DNA from: an uncultured Verrucomicrobiae bacterium
Lineage (GTDB): Bacteria; Verrucomicrobiota; Verrucomicrobiia; Limisphaerales; Palsa-1400
DNA length: 64,000 nt
Assembly (NCBI GenBank): GCA_963764165.1
Contig: CAVXRD010000002.1
Coordinates: 3,008,001-3,072,000 of the forward strand
Direction: 5' to 3'
Of this stretch, positions 19,524 to 29,522 are shown piece after piece; positions within the stretch are counted from its first letter, which is position 1, and every line of letters starts with the position of its first letter. A program made the translations under genes and the position numbers. The notes beneath the pieces are model-generated. The model saw nothing but the letters and a program-made list of their open reading frames with translations, was not told the origin of the DNA and searched no databases.

Positions 19524-21347
19524 CTAATACGAAAGTCCAAATCCGCAGGGGAAAAGCGGGTCTTTCGCGTTCGGGCCTTCGGCCACTTGCTGCATGTTGC
19601 GGGGCCACGTCCGGGGAAGTTTGCCGACGGGCTTGCGGCCAAAAAGTACGTCCGCCACTCCTTCGCCTTCAGTGCCTGGAAGCCATGCGGCAAGGATCGC
19701 GTCACTGTCGTCCAGAGCCGAACCGAGAATTAAAGGGCGGCCGGAAATGATGATCGTGATGACACGCGCACCTGTTAATCTCGCGCGATGAATCAGCTCC
19801 AAATCCTCGGGCGCCAGGCTTAAATCGCTGCGATCCCCTTTCATTTCGGCATAAGGATTCTCGCCGACGACGACAATGATGGGATCCGATCCCTGCAGCG
19901 TTGTGCCGTCGCCGGAATAGGTCACTTCCGTTTCGTGGGAGGCGACGGCGCGGATTCCCTCGTAGAGCGTGCTGCCGCCGGTGGTCACTTTGCCGGGTTT
20001 GCCCTGCCAGTCAATGGTCCACCCGCCGCATTGGATTCCCATGTCGTTGGCCGCCCGCCCCGCGACCGTCACATGATGCAATTTATCCGGGTTTTTCGAG
20101 AGCGGCAGCGCGCGATCCGCATTCTTCAGGAGCACAACCGAGGCGCGCACGCATTCGCGGCCAACCATGCGATGTTCATCGCTTCCGATTTTTGCCAGCC
20201 ATTTCGTCTCCGCGTAAGGATGCTCGAAAAGCCCCATCAAATATTTGATTCGGAGAATCCGCCGCACCGCGTCGTCGATTCGCGCCATGGGAACTTCGCC
20301 CGACGCGGCCAATTGCCTGAGGATGGTGATGAACTGGACGTAATTGTTCGTTTCACCCGGGCCAGCCGGAATCATCACCATGTCGATCCCCGCGTTGACG
20401 GAGGTTTTTACGTCGTTCGTGTAATCCGGGGAAATTTGGTCGATGGCGGCCCAATCGGAAACGAGAAATCCCTTGAAGCCGAGTTCCTCCTTCAGCATCC
20501 CAGTCAATAATTTTCTATTGGCGTGCATCTTCAGCCCGTTCCAACTGCTGTAGGAAACCATGATGGATCCAACGCCGGCTTTGATGGCCGCGACGTAGGG
20601 CGGAAGAAAAACGCGGCGCAGCGTGGCCTCATCCCAAACGGAATTGCCCTGATCGATTCCGTCCGTGGTGCCGCCGTCGCCAATAAAATGCTTGGCGCAA
20701 GCCAGCACCGAGCCGGAATCGTAAAGATGTTTGCCCTGGAAACCACGGATGGCGGCTTCGCCCAGGGGCGCGACAATTTCCGGTGTTTCGCCAAAACTTT
20801 CGTAGGTGCGCCCCCAGCGTTCATTCTGCACCACCGCAATGCACGGGGCAAATGTCCACGGGATTCCGGAGGCTCTTACCTCAAGGGCTGTGATATGCGC
20901 CGCCGCCTCCACCAAACGGGGATTCCGCGTCGCGCCGAGGCCGATGTTGTGGGGGAAAATGACAGCGTTGGCCAGGTGGTTGTGCCCATGCACCGCGTCA
21001 ATTCCGAAGATCAGCGGGATTTTCAAACGGCTTTTCAGCGCCCATGACTGATATTCGTCGCATGCCTTGGCCCATCCTTTGGCGGTGGGATCCTGCGGCG
21101 AATCATTGCCGCCGCCGAGCATGGATCCGAGCGCGAATTTCTGAATGTCATCGGGATGCTCAAGCGCGGCCATGCCGACTTGCGTCATCTGGCCGACTTT
21201 TTCCTCGAGGGTCATCGAGGAAAGAAGGGATTCAACGCGCTGTTGAATTTCCTGTTCGTTTAGCGGCGGCGCGGCAGCCACTGGACATTGGACCACGAAT
21301 TGGATTAGCGCCACTGCAAGAAGAAGCGGCACCCATGCACATTTCAT
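19524..21347 (-). CDS. GH3 beta-glucosidase/exo-glucanase, exported
   Basis: Signal peptide, MTLEEKVGQM, GIDAVHG, CAKHFIGDG, nucleophile motif VSDW, VVVGENPYAE. Confidence 0.93.
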   Translation of the reverse strand: MKCAWVPLLLAVALIQFVVQCPVAAAPPLNEQEIQQRVESLLSSMTLEEKVGQMTQVGMAALEHPDDIQKFALGSMLGGGNDSPQDPTAKGWAKACDEYQSWALKSRLKIPLIFGIDAVHGHNHLANAVIFPHNIGLGATRNPRLVEAAAHITALEVRASGIPWTFAPCIAVVQNERWGRTYESFGETPEIVAPLGEAAIRGFQGKHLYDSGSVLACAKHFIGDGGTTDGIDQGNSVWDEATLRRVFLPPYVAAIKAGVGSIMVSYSSWNGLKMHANRKLLTGMLKEELGFKGFLVSDWAAIDQISPDYTNDVKTSVNAGIDMVMIPAGPGETNNYVQFITILRQLAASGEVPMARIDDAVRRILRIKYLMGLFEHPYAETKWLAKIGSDEHRMVGRECVRASVVLLKNADRALPLSKNPDKLHHVTVAGRAANDMGIQCGGWTIDWQGKPGKVTTGGSTLYEGIRAVASHETEVTYSGDGTTLQGSDPIIVVVGENPYAEMKGDRSDLSLAPEDLELIHRARLTGARVITIIISGRPLILGSALDDSDAILAAWLPGTEGEGVADVLFGRKPVGKLPRTWPRNMQQVAEGPNAKDPLFPCGFGLSY

Positions 21348-21423
21348 GCGGGGAGTATGGGACTCCCTTGTCCGTTTTCCAGATTAAAAAATGCTCTACT
21401 AAAGTATAGGGAAGAGAGATCGC

Positions 21424-22410
21424 CTAAACATGCCCCGCGATGGGATGCGGAACATAAGGCTCCTCCAGAAATTTTACTTCGTCAGCGGATAGCTTCAATG
21501 TGAGTGCGCCAATGGCATCCTCCAAGTGATGAATTTTCGAAGCGCCAATGATCGGAGCCGTCACGGCCGGCTGATGCAGCAGCCACGCCAGCGCGATTTG
21601 CGACGGTGGCACGCCGCGCCTGCCAGCCAGTTCGTTGACGCGATCCACCACGGCGCGATCCGCATCGCGCATTTTCGTGTAAAGCGTTTTGCCGTAAACG
21701 TCGGTTTTCGCCCGCGCCGTTTCGGCGCCGTCCTGCCACGGCCGGGCCAGCTTCCCACGGGCCAGCGGGCTCCATGGGATCACAGCGATTCCCTCCGCCC
21801 GGCAGAGTTTCAACATCTCGCGCTCTTCCTCGCGGTAAATGAGATTGTAATGCGGCTGCATGGAAATGAACCGCGTCCACCCTTGCCGCTCGGCGATGTG
21901 CAGCGCGCCGCAAAATTGCCACGCATACATGGATGACGCGCCCACGTAACGCGCCTTCCCGGCCTTCACCACATCATGCAGAGCCTCGAGCGTTTCCTCG
22001 ATCGGCGTGTCGTAATCCCAGCGGTGCGTCTGATACAAATCAACGTAATCCATTCCGAGACGTCGCAGGCTGTCGTCGATGGCGGCGAAGATCGCCTTGC
22101 GCGAAAGTCCGCTGGTGTTCGGCTTCTCGCGCCAGGCGTGGTAAACTTTGGTGGCCACCACGATTTCATCGCGGCGCGCGAACTCCTTCAGCGCGCGCCC
22201 GACAATTTCCTCGCTGGTGCCATCGGAATAACTGTTGGCGGTGTCAAAGAAATTGATTCCGGCTTCCACCGCGCGTTTGAGGAAAGGGCGGCTTTCCTCT
22301 TCGCCGAGGGTCCAAGGATGCGCGCCGCGCTCCGGCACGCCGAAACTCATGCAGCCAAGGCATAGCCGCGAAACCTTGACGCCCGTTTTTCCGAGTCTTA
22401 CGTAGTCCAT
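21424..22410 (-). CDS. aldo/keto reductase
   Basis: LCLGCMSFG, FFDTANSY, DLYQTHRWD, IPWSPLARG; start set at ATG 22410. Confidence 0.93.
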   Translation of the reverse strand: MDYVRLGKTGVKVSRLCLGCMSFGVPERGAHPWTLGEEESRPFLKRAVEAGINFFDTANSYSDGTSEEIVGRALKEFARRDEIVVATKVYHAWREKPNTSGLSRKAIFAAIDDSLRRLGMDYVDLYQTHRWDYDTPIEETLEALHDVVKAGKARYVGASSMYAWQFCGALHIAERQGWTRFISMQPHYNLIYREEEREMLKLCRAEGIAVIPWSPLARGKLARPWQDGAETARAKTDVYGKTLYTKMRDADRAVVDRVNELAGRRGVPPSQIALAWLLHQPAVTAPIIGASKIHHLEDAIGALTLKLSADEVKFLEEPYVPHPIAGHV

Positions 22411-22472
22411 GGCTCCTAAGCTACTCACAATTCAATGCGCCGCAATGCCGAGCACGAAATCGGATTTCTAAA

Positions 22473-22505
22473 AGGTAGAGACGCCTCGGCGAGGCGTCCC
22501 TACCT
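22473..22505. repeat. single REP palindrome, family A
   Basis: AGGTAGAGACGCCTCGGCGAGGCGTCCCTACCT. Confidence 0.8.
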
Positions 22506-22513
22506 CAAGACAG

Positions 22514-22909
22514 TCACTGTTTCACGATTCCGGCAAAGGCGCTGCGATACGCCCACAAGAGGAAAAGCGACAGCGCGCCAACGATCAGGCCGGGGGCCAG
22601 AGCTGAATGATCAAGGAAGATGGCGTATAACAATATGTTCACTGCCACTGGCCCGACCAGCGTAAGCCCCAGCGGAGCTTTCTTGCCGATCAATAATAGA
22701 AATCCACCGACGACCTCGAAACACTTGACCGCGTGAAGGTAATGGCTCGCGAAAATGGCGGTAAAAAAGTCCCCGGCGAGACCGGTGGGTGGAGGAGGTG
22801 TCTTGATCGGCAGAAAAAACATGACGCCAGCCGCGAAAAAAGCGAGACCCAGCAAGGTTCGCGCAATAATGATTGCAACTTTCATGATTCGGCTTCGGTT
22901 TATTATCAT
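22514..22909 (-). CDS. DoxX-family membrane protein
   Basis: ARTLLGLAF, EVVGGFLLL, PVAVNI; ATGA overlap with upstream stop. Confidence 0.8.
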   Translation of the reverse strand: MIINRSRIMKVAIIIARTLLGLAFFAAGVMFFLPIKTPPPPTGLAGDFFTAIFASHYLHAVKCFEVVGGFLLLIGKKAPLGLTLVGPVAVNILLYAIFLDHSALAPGLIVGALSLFLLWAYRSAFAGIVKQ

Positions 22910-23475
22910 TTGCTGAGCTTCACAGCGAACGCGGCCACGCGTTTGCCCAAAATTTCGCCCGTCAATTTGTCCGCCTCGTTGGGCGTGACTTCTGGCGTGT
23001 CAAATCCCTGCCCCATCACGCCGGCGTAACTGCTGAGGCGATTGATGCCTTTGTCGTTCATTGGATTTTCCGGCATGCCGATCCAGATCATCCCGTGTTG
23101 CATGGCCAGGGTGAAGAGGTAATGCAGCGTGTTCAATTTGTCGCCGCTCGGCCCATTGGAAACCGAGAAGCCAGCGGCTAACTTGTCCCGCCATTTGCCG
23201 TGGAACCAGCGTCCGCCGGTGGCATCGGCCAGCGCCTTGAATTGCGCCGCCGGCCCGCCCATGTAAGTGGGGCAGCCGAAGATAATCGCGTCGCTGGCGT
23301 CGAGTTGCGACAGGACGGTTTCATTTTCGTAGCGGCCTTTCGCAATGTCATCGCCAGAAATGCCGATGAGGTTGGCCGTCACCGCCGGCACGCTGGCCGC
23401 CCCTCGATGGACGGCTTCGGCCATCTTGGTATTGTGTCCGGATCCCGAATAATAAACGATGGATACAGTGCTCAT
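22906..23475 (-). CDS. flavodoxin-fold NAD(P)H:quinone oxidoreductase (WrbA-like)
   Basis: YYSGSGHN, FGCPTYMG, KLAAGF, SGDKLNTL, MQHGMIW. Confidence 0.9.
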   Translation of the reverse strand: MSTVSIVYYSGSGHNTKMAEAVHRGAASVPAVTANLIGISGDDIAKGRYENETVLSQLDASDAIIFGCPTYMGGPAAQFKALADATGGRWFHGKWRDKLAAGFSVSNGPSGDKLNTLHYLFTLAMQHGMIWIGMPENPMNDKGINRLSSYAGVMGQGFDTPEVTPNEADKLTGEILGKRVAAFAVKLSK

Positions 23476-23551
23476 GTTATTGTGTAGGTTTGTTTGTTTT
23501 GGGCGTGTTCTCAAATGCCAAGCATCCTCGACCACGCCCGTTTTGTTGTGT

Positions 23552-24247
23552 TTAGTTCAAGTCAAACAAAAGGACCTGAGCTGGTTTTGACGCCTCAAAC
23601 TTCAGCGCCTTTTCGTCGCTCACCGCCGCGGCGTCGCCGCCGTGCAATGTTTTACCGTTCAACGAAATTTCGCCTTCGGCCACATGCACCCACGCGTGGC
23701 GTCCTGGCGCCAGTTCGTGCGCAGCTTGCTCGCCGCCATTGAATTTGGCCAGCCAAAGGTCGGCCTCCTGATGAATCGCAATCGAGCCGTCCCGGCCCCT
23801 CTTGCTCGTTACCAGGCTCAACAGGCCTGGTTGCGCCTTCGCAAGAGCCTTCTCGGCGTAACGCGGCTGCACGCCCTTTTCATCCGGCTGAATCCAGATT
23901 TGCAGCAGATGCACCGCCTCTTCTTTGGACGGGTTGAATTCGCTGTGCTGCACGCCGGAACCGGCGGCCATGTATTGGACATCGCCGGTCCGGATCACGC
24001 GCCCGTTGCCCATGGAGTCCTTGTGCTCAAGCGAACCGCTCAGGATGTAGGTGATAATTTCCATATCCCGATGCGGATGCTTGCCGAAGCCCATGCCCGG
24101 CATCACGAGATCGTCGTTGATGACGCGCAGGCTGCGAAAGCCCATCCAATGCGGATCATAATAATCCGCGAAGCTGAAAGTGTGATAAGAGTCCAGCCAC
24201 CCGTGCTCGGCGTGGCCCCGTTCGTTCGCTTTCCTAATTTTCATCAT
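23552..24247 (-). CDS. pirin-family protein (YhhW-like)
   Basis: GWLDSYHTFSF, HPHRDMEI, HKDSMGN, GVQHSEFN, LLQIWI. Confidence 0.93.
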   Translation of the reverse strand: MMKIRKANERGHAEHGWLDSYHTFSFADYYDPHWMGFRSLRVINDDLVMPGMGFGKHPHRDMEIITYILSGSLEHKDSMGNGRVIRTGDVQYMAAGSGVQHSEFNPSKEEAVHLLQIWIQPDEKGVQPRYAEKALAKAQPGLLSLVTSKRGRDGSIAIHQEADLWLAKFNGGEQAAHELAPGRHAWVHVAEGEISLNGKTLHGGDAAAVSDEKALKFEASKPAQVLLFDLN

Positions 24248-24356
24248 GGCAAAAGAATGCCACAACGAAGGCGAAGCTGTGAAAGACCGAGTTTCTTGGC
24301 TCAGTATGCGAAAAAAGCATGGTGCCTTGCGCCCGGTTTACGGGAAAATTGTCACC

Positions 24357-25802
24357 TCACGGCGAGCGGAGGCGATAGCACCGGACGGGATAATTCGCCC
24401 ACTGTGGGTCGCTGAAATAAAGCACGCCATTTGTGAGACTGTTCGTCTGAAGCGGCAGCCAATTGGAAGAAATCAAATCCGTGGAAGCGTCAACGGCGAC
24501 GGCCTGATTGAAAACGCCTGTCAAATCAAAGCCAAACGCATTGGATAGAATTCCAAAATGACCATTACTCAAGAATCTTGGCGCCACAGTCAGGCCAAAA
24601 ACCACCCCCTTGTTATTGGTTCCACCATCCGCCGTCGTTCCGTAAAGAGTATTGCCTCCCAGCACGAATTTCGAGTCGCACTGCCAGCCCGCGGCTGTGT
24701 TAAAATTCATCAGCGTCGCAAAATCCGCGCCGTTGGTCAGCATCGTAAAAATGGTGCCGTAGTTCGACAAACCACCCGCTCCGGTCGTCCCGTAGAGGGC
24801 GCTGCCATTCAGCAGAAGAGCATTGCGCGGGAAAGCGCCATCCGTATTCACAAAATTATGCAGGTTGGTGAATCCGGTTCCGTTGGTGGCTACTTTGAAG
24901 ATATTCCCGCAAGCACTTGCGCCCCCGCCAACCGTCACTCCGTAAAGCGTATCGCCGGCCAGGGCCAATCCCGCCACCGGCGCCGCACCGTCGCTATTCG
25001 TGCCGCCGCTGGTGATTGAGAAATACTTTAGAACTGTAAAACTGGTTCCGTCCGTTTGCATGGCAAATACCACGCCGTTGGAGGCGCCGCCATGATATGT
25101 TGTGCCGTAAAGCGTGGTTCCGCTCAGCACCATGCCGCCCGTTGGGTGCGCGCCGTCGGCGTTGGTTCCCGAAAGCACAGGAATTCCGCTGACATTGTTT
25201 GAGCCGATAAATGTGGGCGAAAAAGCCTTGATTACCGTGAAGCCCGACCCGTCTGCGTTGATTTTGAATACGGCACCGGTGCCATTAGCCCCGCCGTAAA
25301 CAGTGGTTCCGTAAAGCGCGCTGCCATCGGTCACCAAATCTGACTGCGGCCGGTCGCCATCGCCGTTTGTGCCCCAAATGGTCGGCGCGGTCGGCGAAAA
25401 GCTATGCACCTCGACGTATCCCGTGCCGTTCGTATTAATTTTGAAAATGTTTCCATTGCCGGACGCCCCGCCGGTAAGGGTCGTGCCCCACAGTGTATCG
25501 CCAATGAGAACCATTCCGCCCTGGGGGCTGGGACTATTGGTCAAGCTTCGGAGGATGCTGTAGCCGCTGCCGTCGGTATTGATCCGAAAAATCGTGCCAT
25601 TGGCATTGGTGCCTCCGCTGGCAGTGGTTCCGTAAAGGGTGTTACCGCCCAGGACCAATTCGGAGAGCGAAGCATAGCCGTCTTGCGATACAGATCCAAA
25701 CGAATGCAGGACTTTATACGATTGCGCAAATAAGCCAGTGGCATTCAAGATCAACGCCAGGCACGTCAGCCAGAAATGAATCAAGGTGCGCGTAGCCTTC
25801 AT
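24357..25802 (-). CDS. secreted GloVer-type (LYGTT) repeat beta-propeller with C-terminal domain
   Basis: Signal peptide; 7 repeats L(Y/W)G(T/V)T..GG....G.(I/V)F; C-term ASTDL..NW.P...FSDP....P.R.YR. Confidence 0.85.
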   Translation of the reverse strand: MKATRTLIHFWLTCLALILNATGLFAQSYKVLHSFGSVSQDGYASLSELVLGGNTLYGTTASGGTNANGTIFRINTDGSGYSILRSLTNSPSPQGGMVLIGDTLWGTTLTGGASGNGNIFKINTNGTGYVEVHSFSPTAPTIWGTNGDGDRPQSDLVTDGSALYGTTVYGGANGTGAVFKINADGSGFTVIKAFSPTFIGSNNVSGIPVLSGTNADGAHPTGGMVLSGTTLYGTTYHGGASNGVVFAMQTDGTSFTVLKYFSITSGGTNSDGAAPVAGLALAGDTLYGVTVGGGASACGNIFKVATNGTGFTNLHNFVNTDGAFPRNALLLNGSALYGTTGAGGLSNYGTIFTMLTNGADFATLMNFNTAAGWQCDSKFVLGGNTLYGTTADGGTNNKGVVFGLTVAPRFLSNGHFGILSNAFGFDLTGVFNQAVAVDASTDLISSNWLPLQTNSLTNGVLYFSDPQWANYPVRCYRLRSP

Positions 25803-25841
25803 AAATTCTGATCATCGTCCAAAAGGCCTTGTAACAAAAGG

Positions 25842-27158
25842 CTAAAGCTTTGTCCCCGGTTTTGCCGAGCCGTCTTCAACTCGATAAAGAGCCGCCATCG
25901 TGCGCAAATAGAGAGCATGTCCATCCGCCGCAGGGGAAGCCATGAAACCGGCGGAAAGTTGGTTCGTGGCGAGCGAGCCGAAAGTTCGGCCGGCCTGCAA
26001 CACGACACTTTTTCCGTCCTGGCTGAAGGCGTAAATCTTGCCGTCGCCGTAGAGAATCGAGGCGGAATACTCGCCGCCGATGCGTTCGCGCCAGACTTCC
26101 GTGCCGTCCGCAGTTTGGAAACAGCACGCGATTCCGCCTTCGTTGACAATGTAGAGCAAGCCGTTGTCAATCGTGCCGGAGGTGCGGCTGGGCGAACCAC
26201 GGGCCACCCGCCACAAGACCGCTTCGGGCGGGACATCGCCGTGAACATCCGGGCGCAATCCCATGATCTCTGGTTTGCCGTTTCCAGATGTGACGATCAC
26301 CCGCCCATCATCGAACAACGGGCGCGAAGCGGGCGAATAGCCGCCGTGCGCGAGTTTCCAAATTTCGCTCCCCGTCGCCGCGTTATAGCTGTAAGCGGCC
26401 TTGGAAGCCGTCGTGATAATTTGTTTGACGCCGCCGGCATCAATCACGAGCGGAGTGGAGAACGCCTTGCGGAAATCGCCGCCGCCGGTCGGCCGGCCCT
26501 TGTTGTCGAGGTCGTTGTATTGGGCGGTGCGGTCGGTTTTCCAGACGGTCTTGCCGGTGTTTTTGTCGAGCGCCACCACGTATTGCTGGTCGATGCCGTC
26601 CATCGTAAGGATCAGCAAATTATCGCACAGGATTGGCGAGGAACCCGGGCCGCGAAAGTGGCGGCACGGAAGATCATCGCGTTTCCAAATCGTTTTTCCT
26701 GTTGACGCATCGAGGCACGCGGTTCCGTAGGTGCCGAAATGAACATAAGCGCGCCCCGGTTCCAGGACGGCAGAGGGCGAGGCGTAGCAGTTGAAATTGA
26801 CGGCGGCACCGAGCGATTCCGGGTTGTCACAATGGAAGATTTTGTTGTCAAACCGGATTTTGCCCGTCGCTTCATCCACGCACACCGCGAAAAAATCGTG
26901 GCCGTCAATGGTCGCCGTCGTGAGCCACACTTGGCCGTTCATGATGACGGGCGTCGACCAGCCACGGTCGTGAATGGGCGTTTTCCATTTGATATTCTCG
27001 GTTTCGCTCCAATGAAGCGGCAAGCCGAGAGAGTTCGTGGAGCCGGGGGGATTCGCGCGCCCGTCGCACCATGGCCCGCGAAAATCCGGCCAATCGGCCC
27101 GGGCAGTCGCTGCAAGTCCACAGAGTGACGCAATCAAAACGGCGGCAAGTGAGCGCAT
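25842..27158 (-). CDS. PQQ-like beta-propeller protein, exported
   Basis: Signal peptide, DWPDFRGP, WSETENIKWK, repeated A.D..TG...W. Confidence 0.88.
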   Translation of the reverse strand: MRSLAAVLIASLCGLAATARADWPDFRGPWCDGRANPPGSTNSLGLPLHWSETENIKWKTPIHDRGWSTPVIMNGQVWLTTATIDGHDFFAVCVDEATGKIRFDNKIFHCDNPESLGAAVNFNCYASPSAVLEPGRAYVHFGTYGTACLDASTGKTIWKRDDLPCRHFRGPGSSPILCDNLLILTMDGIDQQYVVALDKNTGKTVWKTDRTAQYNDLDNKGRPTGGGDFRKAFSTPLVIDAGGVKQIITTASKAAYSYNAATGSEIWKLAHGGYSPASRPLFDDGRVIVTSGNGKPEIMGLRPDVHGDVPPEAVLWRVARGSPSRTSGTIDNGLLYIVNEGGIACCFQTADGTEVWRERIGGEYSASILYGDGKIYAFSQDGKSVVLQAGRTFGSLATNQLSAGFMASPAADGHALYLRTMAALYRVEDGSAKPGTKL

Positions 27159-27218
27159 AGATTCCGCAGGGTATCAAATGGGAGTCAGACTTGCACGCCT
27201 GAAAGGACAGAATCAAAG

Positions 27219-27368
27219 TAATCTGGAACTCCCGAAATCAGGAACAGAGGCAACGGCCGCTTTCCAGGCGAACGGAAATGAGGAGAATTTGGCGCACGGC
27301 GCATCCGGATTCCCGGTGGCGTGAGATCGAATTTGGTCTCCGTTCCTGAGTTCGGGAGTTCCAGATTA
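27219..27368. mobile_element. MITE-like element, family B (150 bp, 27-bp inverted ends)
   Basis: TAATCTGGAACTCCCGAAATCAGGAAC ... GTTCCTGAGTTCGGGAGTTCCAGATTA (26/27 match); colinear copy at 35177-35327. Confidence 0.7.
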
Positions 27369-27382
27369 AAAATTCCCCCGTC

Positions 27383-28201
27383 CTAAAGATGCAGGTGCTT
27401 CCAAAGTTCCAAAGGTGCCAGGCGCATGTTGATGTAGAAGGGGCCGAAATCGCCGTAGCGCGCGCTGACTTCGTCGAACCGCATTTCGTAAACAATATCC
27501 TTCAGCGCGTCGGCCTGATGGGCCATCAGCGTGACGCCCCATTCCCAATCGTCCAATCCAGTCGAGCCGGTGATGAGCTGGGAGACGCGGCCGGAAAATT
27601 TCCGGCCCACGCGGGCGTGGCCAGCCATGAGTTTTTTGCGCGCGGCAAAATCCAGCATGTACCAATTGTCCGTGGCGGCGCGGCGTTTGCTCATGGGATA
27701 GAAGCCCATGATTTCCCAATCCGGCATTTCCGGGTAGAGGCGGTATTGTTCGTATTGGCGCATCCGCTCGCGCAATTCCCCGATGCGCTTCTGGAAAGTT
27801 TCGCTCTCGGGATCGAGTTTCTCCTGCTCGATGAGCATGCGTCGGTTGTCCTCCTCGGTGCTCATGTATTCGGACAATTCGGTGACGCTCAAATACGAAA
27901 ATACTTTCCGCAGCGTCCCAGGCGGAAAGCAGGCCTCGATATCGCGATGCATCCGGCTGATTTCGTCCAAACCTGCGGCTAGGAGAAAGAACGCGATGTC
28001 CGCCTTGGCGGCGACTGTGGCGTAACTGCAAATGCGCGGGTGGGACGGATTGGCGTGCGCTTCGCAAAGAGCCGCAAGGCGATCCCGGCTGGCGGCGGAC
28101 TTGTCCGGCGGCAGCGCGGCCCATTTTTCGCGATCGATGTTGTAAAACAAATGCATCACGTGGAGGCCACGATCCAATTTAATTAACGGAGAATTCTGCA
28201 T
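27383..28201 (-). CDS. chdC: chlorite-dismutase family heme protein, probable coproheme decarboxylase
   Basis: SVTELSEY, FYPMSKRR, NWYML, proximal His in LMAGH, QLITGSTGLDDWEWGVTL, YEMRFDEVSARYG. Confidence 0.75.
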   Translation of the reverse strand: MQNSPLIKLDRGLHVMHLFYNIDREKWAALPPDKSAASRDRLAALCEAHANPSHPRICSYATVAAKADIAFFLLAAGLDEISRMHRDIEACFPPGTLRKVFSYLSVTELSEYMSTEEDNRRMLIEQEKLDPESETFQKRIGELRERMRQYEQYRLYPEMPDWEIMGFYPMSKRRAATDNWYMLDFAARKKLMAGHARVGRKFSGRVSQLITGSTGLDDWEWGVTLMAHQADALKDIVYEMRFDEVSARYGDFGPFYINMRLAPLELWKHLHL

Positions 28202-28205
28202 GGCG

Positions 28206-28577
28206 TTATTCAATCTGGAGAATCTGCTCCAGCAATTGCGGCAGTTGCTCGGCAATCCCGGAATCCGCGGCGACCAGCGTCACGCCGGATTCGCGGGCCT
28301 GCGTTTGCGCCGTCGGCGCGGGCAGGCGCGTGTAACCGAGCACGGGAATATGTTGGGTGGCCGGATTGGCTTTGAGTTTTGACACGGCGGAGCAAACATC
28401 CGGCGCCGGGGCCAATTCCGCGATGACCACCATCGGCATCTCTCCTTCGCACGCGCCGGAGAGCGCCGCCACGCTGTCCACCGTGTGGACGCGGTAGCCC
28501 AAATCCTGCAGGCGGCTGGCCAACTGGCTGCCGGGCAGAAGATTTGTGTAGTAGAGGAGCGCCAACGGATTGCTCAT
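28206..28577 (-). CDS. atypical (pseudo-)receiver domain protein
   Basis: CheY-like pattern (LQDLGYRV, VVIAEL, LKANPATQHIPVLG); acidic pocket absent and Asp replaced by Glu. Confidence 0.7.
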   Translation of the reverse strand: MSNPLALLYYTNLLPGSQLASRLQDLGYRVHTVDSVAALSGACEGEMPMVVIAELAPAPDVCSAVSKLKANPATQHIPVLGYTRLPAPTAQTQARESGVTLVAADSGIAEQLPQLLEQILQIE

Positions 28578-28653
28578 GGGAAACAAATTGGCGCAGCGAG
28601 GCGCAAATTGCAAAACAAACGGATTTATAAAAGAGTGGATGCCGACGAGGTTT

Positions 28654-28760
28654 GGCAGGGCTCTTCCGCCAGGCCGCCTAATTGGTCCTATGGGTCTTAT
28701 TGGCCCCATTCATACGAGAATGAGAACTAGAGGGCGGCTCGGCAGGAGCCTCGCCCTACC
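28654..28760. repeat. REP doublet (family D) with 9-bp tandem repeat; right arm contains the stop codon of the adjacent gene
   Basis: ATTGGTCCT ATGGGTCTT ATTGGCCCC; GGCTCGGCAGGAGCCTCGCCCTACC. Confidence 0.65.
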
Positions 28761-29436
28761 TATCCTGCAAACTATGCACCCACTGAATGGCGTGCTGCAG
28801 CAATTGCGTGCCGTCGTCCAATTTCAATTTGTCCTTGATGCGGGCGCGGTAGGATTCGACGGTCTTGACACCGAGATGCAGTTCTTCCGCGATGCGGCGG
28901 GTGCCCTGGCCTTTGCCGATGAGCTGGAAAACTTCCAATTCGCGGTCGGTCAGCCGTTCAATCGGCGATTTCTGGCTGTCAGAGCGGCCGACGACCATTT
29001 TGTTGACCATCCGAGCCGCCATCTTTTCGCTGATGTAAACCTGGCCGCTGAGAACCTGCCGGACGGCGAGCAAAATTTTCTTGGTGGCTTCCTGCTTGGT
29101 GATGTAGCCCTTCGCTCCCGCGCGCAAAACGCGCTCGGCGTAGAGTGATTCATCGTGCATGGAAAGGACGAGCACCGGAAGCGATGGCATCCGCACCTGC
29201 AAATCCTTGACCAATTCCAAACCGTGCGTGTTCTTGAGGGAAATATCAGCGATGACGATCTCCGGCTTGGTTTCCTCGATTTTCTTGAGAGCTTCCTGGG
29301 TATCTTCGGCTTCGCCGCAAACGGAAAGGTCGTCTTCGCGCTGGATCAGTTGGGAGAGCCACTCTCTGACCAGCGGATGGTCATCGACTAGGAAAACCTT
29401 CGCCTTCGTTTGTTCAGGTTTAGTGCGCACGGACAC
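28756..29436 (-). CDS. NarL/LuxR-family response regulator
   Basis: LVDDHPLVR, DISL, LSMH, GYITK, LTDRELEVF...LGVKTVESYR. Confidence 0.95.
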   Translation of the reverse strand: MSVRTKPEQTKAKVFLVDDHPLVREWLSQLIQREDDLSVCGEAEDTQEALKKIEETKPEIVIADISLKNTHGLELVKDLQVRMPSLPVLVLSMHDESLYAERVLRAGAKGYITKQEATKKILLAVRQVLSGQVYISEKMAARMVNKMVVGRSDSQKSPIERLTDRELEVFQLIGKGQGTRRIAEELHLGVKTVESYRARIKDKLKLDDGTQLLQHAIQWVHSLQDR

Positions 29437-29522
29437 TTCGCTCTTCTATAACGGAATCAGGCGAAATGAAATGAAAAAATGCAACCGCGGCGCAGCCGGC
29501 AGAGGGATCCAGGTTATATTGC

